Shown in pieces: positions 55,494 through 64,000 of a DNA stretch of 64,000 bases. How positions within the stretch are numbered: the stretch's first letter is position 1; each line of letters opens with the position of its first letter. Made by a program: the position numbers and the translations under genes. A model generated the notes under the pieces. It had not been told where the DNA came from. It searched no databases and was given only the letters and a program-made list of their open reading frames with translations. This DNA is from Macrostomum hystrix (taxonomy: Eukaryota > Animalia > Platyhelminthes): contig CATNEN010000015.1 in NCBI GenBank assembly GCA_950097015.1, positions 1,302,001 to 1,366,000 of the forward strand, in the 5' to 3' direction.

Positions 55494-55701
55494 GACCGCC
55501 TGTCCAAGCCTGTCCGGCAACAACTTCAATCGCCGGGGGGGTGGAGGAGTCATTTAGCTGCTCAACTCGGGTCCTCTAACTCCTTTGCCTAATAACTTTC
55601 TATTTTTGATACCGTCAATTCCCATACCGCGCAACAGGTTTTGAAGGTTTTGAACCCGTCGTGACTGACTCTAAGGACTACTACTCCCTCTTTCTACGAG
55701 T

Positions 55702-58700
55702 ATGTTAACTTCTACGCTAAATTTTAACTCCCGAATAGTCACTGAAACACAGGGCAGCTGCGAAAAGAAGGTTACTTATAATAAATCAGAGTTGATTATC
55801 ACCAGTTGGAACATAGATGGACTGATGCTCAGTGGAGAATGCAAAATGGAATCACCATGTTTCCACGAACATATTAGGAATAGAGACATAGTTTTCCTCT
55901 GTGAGACCCACGCCAAACAGGAGCAGCTAGACTCAAACACGCTGATAGATTTCACCTGCTTTGGAGCAGATGGAATCAAGGCAAGGGGAATCAACAAAGG
56001 TAGATTATCAAATGGCATGGTTTTCCTCGTTAAAAATAATATTGCAAAGAGAACCACATTAGTGCACAAATCTGACTTCGCTCTGGTACTAAAAATAAAG
56101 CAAAAGCAGTCTGAAGAACCCCTGTATATCTTAGGGTGTTATATCCCACCGGAAAATTCTAAATACTACAAAGAAGATATATGGGAGGAGATTAAATATC
56201 TCATCCAGCTCTTCTCAAGAGAGGGCTCCGTATTAACAGTAGGTGACTTCAATGCACGAACTGGCACATTACAGTCCAGCACTAGGGATAAGTTTCCCAG
56301 ACAGAATCAGGACTCTGAGAAAAACAAGCATGGACTAAGACTGATGGAAATGTGCTCCGAGACCAAGAGCACGATTCTGAACGGAATGACTCAGGGTGAC
56401 ATTGTGGGAAATTACACGTTTAGTAGCACACTAGGCCGAAGTACCATAGACTACGCTATTGCATCCATGGATAAAGTGGATATTATAAAAGACTTCTTTA
56501 TTCATCCTCAAAGCTTTCTGTCCAGACATTGCCCGCTAACAGTCACTCTGATTTTTCCTGATCATGTCCAACCAGAACACGCAAACCAGGAAAAACATGA
56601 ATCCTTCCCAATGCCTCCAAGATGGGACACTGAAACGCAGGGAAGTTACATTGAGGCATTGAATAACAAACAAAGCGAAGAAATAATTAGAAAGTTGCAA
56701 TCTATCGACGCACACGATGGAAAATCCCTGGAAAATTTGTTCTCGAGCTTGACCAACCTGCTTAGAGACTCAGTGGCAGAAAGCTGCGCAAAGACAATCA
56801 TTCCGAACAAGTTCTGGACAAATCGAGACGAGACACTAAGAAACTTGAGCAAATCATTAAAGTACGTGGCCAGGAAAAAAAGACGTAGACCAACTGACAG
56901 CGCGCTGGCATCAGAATATAATGGGCTAGCGAAAAAATACAAACAACAGCTCAAGAAACTTAAGCAGATGGACATAAATGACTGCATTCAGAAAATGGCG
57001 GCTAACGGAACCTCAAAGGGATTCTGGTCCGGTCTTAGAAGAGCAGAAGAGTTGCTGTTCCCCAGCAGGAGACTTAACAGATCTCAAGCCCCAATCGCTG
57101 ACATCGCGGACAACCTAACCAAAGTGTTTAACGCACATCCTTCTTCGGGAACCCAGCCGCATCGCACAGATGAAGCAGTTAGTCCCGAAGATTTAATTAG
57201 CTGCGTAGATCTCGATAGAGCAGTTAAAAAGCTAAAGAGAAGAAAGGCTGCAGGAATAGATGGTATAACAAATGAGCACATTATCTACGGACAAGAGAAG
57301 CTAAAACCCGTACTTCTGAAGCTTTTTAACGCAAGCGTAAGACTCGGCCAGACTCCTGCACAGTGGTCAAATGCCCTAATCACACCGATTTATAAAAAGG
57401 GTTCCCGTAGTGACCCCAAAAACTACAGACCCATAAGCGTGCTGCCTGCCCTGGCTCGCCTGTTTGCCTCACTTATCTATGAAAAGCTAGAAACTCATAT
57501 TCGCACCCTCGACTTGCTTTCAGCCAGTCAAATAGGAAATAGAAAGGGCTACCGAACTTCAGACCACATTGCCACTCTCTTGACGTTGATCCACAACAAA
57601 AAGCGTCGCAAAAGGCCATTTCACTTAGTGTTCTTTGACTTAAAAAGCGCATTTGACATGGTCCACCATCCAACACTTTTCCAACGACTTAGGGAGTTAA
57701 AGGTCAGCCCAGAAATAATCGAAGCAATACAAAGCATGTACTCAGGAGCTAAATTCCAACTGAAGATCTCAGATGGCCAAGCAACTAAGGCAAGGAGCAT
57801 AACAAATGGAGTAAGACAAGGCTGTCCCCTATCCCCTCTACTCTTCTCACTCTATATAGATCCTTTGAGCACAATGCTAAGGGATTCATTTCGCAGCGAC
57901 ACCTTCATTAAAGATGAACAAATCAACAACTTGCTATACTGCGATGATTTAGTGATCTTTGGAGAGAATCCTCGAGAGTTGCAGAAGGGCCTCGATAAAG
58001 TGTCAGAATTTTGTCAGAGCCACAAGCTAGAAATCAATATGCAAAAAACTAAGGTTATTAGCTGTTGCCCTGACCCATCAAAGACGGCTAACAAACTATT
58101 TCTGCAGGGACAACTGTTAGATAGCGTCAAAGAATGGAAATATCTTGGCTTTCACATCAATGCTAAAGGAACCGTGGATTCCCATGCCACAGAGATTAAC
58201 AAAAAATGTGGATATCCTATTCTTCTCTTAAGGAAATTAGCCAGCCATGGGGCGGTCAGATACAATCAGCTCATGCTGTACTGCACAGCAATGATAGAAA
58301 GCATAGCTCTGTACGCCTCTGAGGCCTGGGGGGCTTTTGTCTCGTGGAACCTGGGTCCTTGGGACCGCTGTCTTTTTGAAAGAGTAAACATCAGGTGCTG
58401 TAAAGCCATACTACAAGTCAGCCAAAATACGGATGGCAACGGGGCCCGCTCGGAGTTAGGCTGATTGCCTTTATTATACAACATCCAGAAAAGAAGCATT
58501 TCGTACTGGGCCTCCATAACAAGCCGGCCGGACTCCATAATTTCCAAGTTATTGGCGGACCAAACATACAGTGATGTTGGAATCAAAGCAAAGACCAACA
58601 ATGAGGTTATGCTGAACTGCAGAGGCATTAGTCCTGCAAAAGCAATTGGAAACCACAGGAAAAATTTCGTTTCTCAGTTCGATACCCATTGGAGACAAAG

Positions 58701-59136
58701 GACACAGAACTCAAGCAAGCTAAGTCACTTCTATTACTCCTTCAAGCAATATTATTCAGCCGAAAAATATTTACAACAAATATACAACCCGGAGTGGAGA
58801 CGTACCATAGCCTCGTTTAGACTAGGAAACCATAAGCTAGCTTGCGAAACATTGCGAACTGCGAGACCGAAAATTCCGTATGTAAATAGATTATGTAGTA
58901 AGTGCAAAACAGAAGTTGAAAACGAGGTCCACTTCCTTTTTAAGTGCACTTGGAATAAGTATAGCGCAGTACGTTCGAAATTTGAGACGGAAGTTTCTGG
59001 GAAAACCCCCAATTTCATATCCTTAACAGCAGAAGAAAAATCTAACTACATAATGGCTCAAGACGATAGGGAAACCGCTGAAGCTTTAGCAAAATACATC
59101 ATAGAAATATCTAAAATAAGGGAACAGCTGCCCTGA
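55702..59136 (+). CDS. LINE ORF2: APE endonuclease, reverse transcriptase, C-terminal Cys/His motif; interrupted by one TGA at 58462-58464
   Basis: EN motifs SWNIDGL, LCETH, YIPP, GDFNART, STIDY. RT motifs PIYKKG..DPKNYRPIS, FFDLKSAFD, GVRQGCPLSPLLF, YCDD, WKYLG. Tail RLCSKCKTEVENEVHFLFKC. Confidence 0.92.
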
Positions 59137-59378
59137 GACTGCGAGATTTTACTAGCATTCAACAATAGATATTTCATAATTTGTTTTATCCCTGGCGTCC
59201 CTTGTGTTTTTACTGCTCTTATTTTTAATACCTTTGCTTTCCCTTCCCAGCTCGATATTTGATTCCTACTTAACTTCGCTTTTTATGTTGCTTTTCGTTG
59301 TTCATTTAAATGTGTTGTTAAAAAATACGAGCTCGTATATATATAAAAAAATCAGCACCCATAGATGGCGTGCGCGTT

Positions 59379-59412
<34 letters not shown>

Positions 59413-60204
59413 AGCCCTGGTTCTTCCAATTGGACTCTTTGGCAGAGTGGAGTAGCTGGTGGAGTCTCTGAATGACGTGCCTGCCAACTCGGAGCTGCAC
59501 TTCTTCGATGCCAGAAGTGCCAGAAGATGCCGCAATGGAGGCTGATCAGTCAGGTCTGATGGGACATTCTGCACCTGCTGCGGACTTTGCAGAAAGGTTT
59601 GAATTTCACGGCTCAAGGACAGTGGTGCAGAACAACTCAGCTCAGGTGGAGCTGTATCTCCCGCCTCACTGGATTCTGTAGTGGCTTGGATTCGGCAGTC
59701 AAGGATTAAAAGTCCCACCTGGACGTCTCGTATCTGAGCAGTTCATCGGCTGCCCGCGCACCAACCTTATCAATTTGCACTGTAGCATCATTGAGTCAAC
59801 CAACTGCAACCATAGATCCCTGCTGAGAACTGTAAGAATGAGAGATGATATTGAATGGGGTGGCTGTGTGAGCAAAGTGTTTAAGAAATCGATCTTCTTC
59901 CCCATTCCGAGAGTCATCTATCAACATGGTAAAAATAATAAAAATAATTGATTACACATCTTACAATTGATTACACATTGATTACACAATTAAAAAGAGT
60001 TAATTGTCTTGGTAAAGGGCACAAATTGTTCCAGTGGAGTCGGGAATCGAACCCCGACCTTCAATGTGGAGTAGAGAACAGTGGAAGAGTAAATGTAAAT
60101 GACAATATAAAACGAACAGTGACAACTCATGCCATGAAGCTAAAGTGAATGAGAGAAATTCACTGTTGTATCACAATTTTTATTACATTTGCATCACAGT
60201 TGTA

Positions 60205-60500
60205 TCACATTTGTATCACGGTTGTATCACAGATGTATCACAGATGTATCACAGATGTATCACGGATGTATCACATTTGTATCACGGTTGTATCACAGAT
60301 GTATCACAGATGTATCACAGATGTATCACAGATGTATCACGGATGTATCACAGTTGTATCACAGATGTATCACGGATGTATCACAGTTGTATCACAGATG
60401 TATCACAGTTGTATCACAGTTCTATCACTTTTGTATCACAGTTGTATCACAGGTGTATCACAGTTATTTCGCAGTTACATCACAGTTGTATAAAAGTTGT
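60205..60500. repeat. 11-bp minisatellite (CAGATGTATCA)n with variants
   Basis: Read directly. Confidence 0.93.
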
Positions 60501-61092
60501 ATCACAGTACTATTTTACTATTACTACTATAGCAAAATAGTACTATTTTAGTTGTTGTAGCACTCGAAAAAGCGATTCAAGTTCATTAGCATTCGCAGAA
60601 AAATCTAGAGCAAAAAGTCATGCAACCAATTCTGCGCCACTGTGATAACGAAGTTAATCTTACGCTTACGTTTAAACAGAACTACTGTTGACGTACCCAG
60701 TTTTATCTCACCAAAGTTCTATTCAGCTCCTACAATCTGAATTTTACAGCTCAACTGGAAAAAACCTGTTTTAGGGGGAACTTGTCTTTTAATTCAAACC
60801 CTGTGAGACAGCTAAAATCATTGGATTTTAGAGAGCCCGTTGAATATGTACCTACTCAGGTCTGAGGAACCACAAGGGCGCTCTCCACAGATACGTTCAA
60901 GTTTCCGATGCTCCAGGAAGCCAAAGGCATTAACCCATCTGGAAAAACAGTTCCTGCTGCCACCAAGATTCATTTCTCAGCTCTTTCATATCATGAAAGT
61001 GATGAAAGCATCACTTTTTCCATTTGCTTGCACGAGTTTCACAGCGGCAAGACTTTCATTTCCGGAAATAAGAAACGGACAAATTCACACAC

Positions 61093-61330
61093 CGATCCAG
61101 AAGTCTGTCTCATCGCCGAATCCCGCCTCATACTCAGCCCAGGTGCGTTGGAAACTGACGCTCCCGGTGGACCTCTGCTGGATCTTGACGAAGTTCCGAC
61201 CAACCTGCTTCACGCTGAGAAACTTCGAGGAGCAAAATCCTTTCTGCAGTACTGAAAGGAAATCACAAATGAACCGAGCCTGCTGAAACTCTGCTCCAGT
61301 TTGTCTCACTCTCCACAGAATCTTCATCAA
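61093..61330 (-). pseudogene. FReD gene copy E, orphan middle-exon fragment
   Basis: FVKIQQRSTGSVSFQRTWAEYEAGFGDETDFWIG|GT donor. Flank 60700-61090 resembles copy-B intron 44200-44780. No matching last exon lies downstream. Confidence 0.8.
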
Positions 61331-62185
61331 GTCGGCACCTGGGGCAGACGGGAGGACTTCAGGGTCCAGATTCTACTGGTAGGTCGCGAGCAAGCGGTAA
61401 TGCCCGGACCTCAGCTGTGAGAGGGTGACCCTGACCTTCCGGCTTTAACTGCGCTCCGTAGTGCTGATGTTGGGGGCCGGCCTACCGAGGAGGCTGTGGG
61501 CAGGCCTGCTGTCGAGGTAGAGTTTGACACAGGCAGAGTGAATCGTGTTTAGATCGCTGATGGTAGAGAGTAGATAGTGGAGAGTGTTCCGGCTCGAATC
61601 GCTCAGGTGCGGGGCTCAGATCGTCTAACAGTAGTTGAGCATCGAGCGCCCAAGCGCTTTGTAGGTGACAGCCAAAGTTTCCTTACATGGCCTGCCCCCA
61701 GCTGCTGCCACTCAGAGCGCGGAGGATAGCAATTATTTTGGAGTGGACATGCAACTTGAGCAGAGGATCAAAAGTGACGCCGAGAATCTTGGGCGAGTTG
61801 CAGAAAGCCAGGCTGGTCCCGTTGAGATAGAGTGCAGGAGCAGCGAGTGTTCATGAGTAGTGCTGGTAAAAATTGTAATTGAATCAACTAAGCCAATTTT
61901 CGCTCTGAATGTAGGTTCAGAGGCGATCTAGGTAGGGCTGTAGGAAAATTCAGGAAGCCGGCTGACAAGAGGGCCGCTGGTAAGGATAGTAATATCGTCG
62001 GTGTACTGTACAATCGACGTAGGATGATCAGGCGGCCGCATGTCGGAGAGATAGAACGCGCAGAGAAGCGGAGAGAAGACATCACCTTGTGCGACGCCTG
62101 CTCGGAGAATCCGTGATTTTTTTGAGTCCCGAAACTCAACACGGGTAAATCTGCCATGGAGATAGGTATGCATTTCATCTGACGA
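61331..62185 (-). mobile_element. Degraded LINE RT and C-terminal fragment (I/Nimb-like group, tentative)
   Basis: GVAQGDVFSPLL..FYLSD, VQYTDDITI, TYKALGRSMLNY, RVTLSQLRSG; many stops and frameshifts. Confidence 0.7.
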
Positions 62186-63158
62186 AAGGCGTCTGTCTGC
62201 TGATTAGTGACATTTTAGCCTGTGCTTTATCGATTTGACATAACAGTTTTACTCCATTTTACTATTTATATTAGTAGCTAACAACCTGTAAGCCGTGTGT
62301 AATTCTAGTTATTGTGTAGCTATTAAGTTTTTAGGCCTTGCTTTTTATCTTCTGGTTAGGTCTTCTGTGTGCGCATCGATATTGTCGGTTTTGTTTTACT
62401 CAATACCTTTGTGTATTTTAACTGTGCGTTCTTTTCATTCGGAGACCTGAAAAATGAATTGGCATCATACTACTGCTGTTTGCAGTGAGTAGTAGGATAA
62501 GTGTAGCTTATCACCAGCTTTCCTCAGCGCTTTGGCAGCTGGATCAGTTTATTGGCAGCATTGGCTTTCTGATAGACTTTGATTACTGATTTTCCACTCT
62601 ACCTACTGAGCCTCAGTAGCGTGATGCGCGTGATTGTCGGTTTTAATCAAGACAGTATTAGCGTCATGAGCAGTCAATGTGCAATTAAATGCTCAGACTA
62701 ATGAGCTCGAGGTGGCCTGAGCAGGCTTTTATTTCAGAAGGGCAGAGTTCCTTACTCACAGCTAAAGTATAGACTCTCATATGAAACAGGTTTCCATTTT
62801 ATTGGGCTTTCTCACAAGACGAGCTACTTCATTGTACTTTTCGCTAACTTCGGTTTCGGGCTGTCTTCGAAAGCCTTAAATCTTATTAAAACAAACGGAT
62901 TATTGAGCAGCGTGAGCACAGAGTTAAATATATTTACTCCGATCTTACTGAATTAATCAATATAATCATTTCACTAGTGTAGTTGTGCATTCAGCAAGCT
63001 GAATAAGCATGGATTTTTTCTGAATATTATTGCTGCTATTATTTCAGATAAGGCTGGTGAATATATTGTTACAGCACAGTGGAAATTGAGTTGCCACTGG
63101 CTGAAGCGGAGCAGTTCAGTTTTCTGCAGTCCATGGCCGATTCATCAGCTGCTGCTGA

Positions 63159-63577
63159 TCACACCTCCAGCAGAAGCCGCACTGAGCGGAGAGACAACAT
63201 CTCGGATTTGGTGTACCATACCATGTAGGTCCAGTCTAATGTCTCTCTTGAGGGAAAAAGTCCGTTGGGACCGAAGTGATGGCAACGGTTGAACCACCAC
63301 CCTGCCTTGCCCCAAACATTCGAGCATGAGTCGCTGGAGTGTCTGTCATTGTCGCTGTCCATGGTGGAGAAGCGCGCTCTATTGCTGCTCGCCATAGCAT
63401 CGAATCCGACAGTGGACCTGTCCCACAGCATCTCTCGGTACGTCATCTCATATTTGGTGCTGGCGCCTCCCACCTGGAATCCAGCAAACTCAGCATGCAG
63501 CTCAGTCCCATTCCACAGCTTCATCTCCACTCTGAGTTTGGCACCGCCTGCGCTGAGCGAGTGGATGGCGGAGAGAC
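63159..63577 (-). CDS. FReD gene copy D, intact last exon; upstream exons lie beyond the window
   Basis: Acceptor CCCGCAG|GT as in copies A and B; GLSAIHSL...LRVEMKLW...FSTMDSDND...GWWFNRC..FGPNG...LRSVRLLLEV stop. Confidence 0.8.
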
Positions 63578-64000
63578 CTGCGGGATCGGACAGAAGTCGG
63601 AGGCGCTGATGTGAATAGCCAGATTCAGCTGACAATCGATAAACAGATTTTGCAGTGAAGCTGCTTGCGGCTTTGAGTTTCCCGTCCTGTTATACTACAG
63701 TGGTCCTTGTCTTGGAGGTGAGCCAAAATTACATCCTCTACGAGCGTATTTAGTCCCGTTTCATTAGGGTCAGTTGGCTTTGCTGTCCCCCTTGGACCTG
63801 TCTAGCAAATCATGCCTCTCACAACAGTGGTCTTCTTCCCTTGGTACCAGGTATCTTGGCCAATCAGTCTCACTCAAAGCTACCAAGTGCATCAGCGGTA
63901 GGGTAGTTGCGGAGAGATGAGGTCCAGTTCTCAATTTTCTAACTCTCGGATGCCGGTACCGCCTTCATGAGCTAGAGGCTGGAAAAGGGCGACATTAAAA

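Larger units (their letters stand above)
52540..59410 (+). mobile_element. Near full-length non-LTR retrotransposon (CR1/L2-group LINE) with AlkB-containing ORF1; ends approximate
   Basis: ORF1 53118-55493, 208-nt spacer, ORF2 55702-59136 (APE-RT), 3' UTR ending in (AAT)n at about 59380-59410. No TSD identified, so the 5' end is uncertain. Confidence 0.88.

Noticed and set aside
60145-60551. Cys/His/Tyr-rich ORFs (CITDVSQMYHR)n
   Set aside because: They are translations of the 11-bp minisatellite.
63650-64000. Possible further LINE fragment at the window edge
   Set aside because: Translations are full of stops and show no diagnostic motif.

Overview
Eukaryotic, repeat-rich metazoan DNA with spliceosomal GT-AG introns. 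The GC-rich, Ala/Gln-rich exons and minisatellite-filled introns suggest a free-living flatworm such as Macrostomum; this is inference only. From 5' to 3' the window holds: (1) the 3' nine exons of a TPR/Megator nucleoporin gene (485-12300), with a SINE inserted in its terminal coding region; (2) a TRAF6-like RING/zinc-finger gene with no visible MATH domain; (3) a cluster of putative innate-recognition genes, made of five minus-strand copies or fragments of a secreted protein (unrecognised duplicated N-terminal domain plus fibrinogen-related domain) interleaved with two plus-strand WSC+PAN genes; (4) many mobile elements: five solo LTRs, a young non-autonomous LTR element with a tRNA-Lys PBS, Gypsy, DIRS and mariner remnants, and tRNA-SINEs; (5) many tandem arrays, including a 2.5 kb 40-bp satellite. 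The standout is a near-intact CR1/L2-group LINE (about 52540-59410). Its ORF1 starts with an AlkB-family 2OG-Fe(II) dioxygenase domain that retains all catalytic residues, suggesting a retrotransposon carrying its own nucleic-acid repair or demethylase enzyme. All identifications come from reading motifs by eye; no database searches were run.
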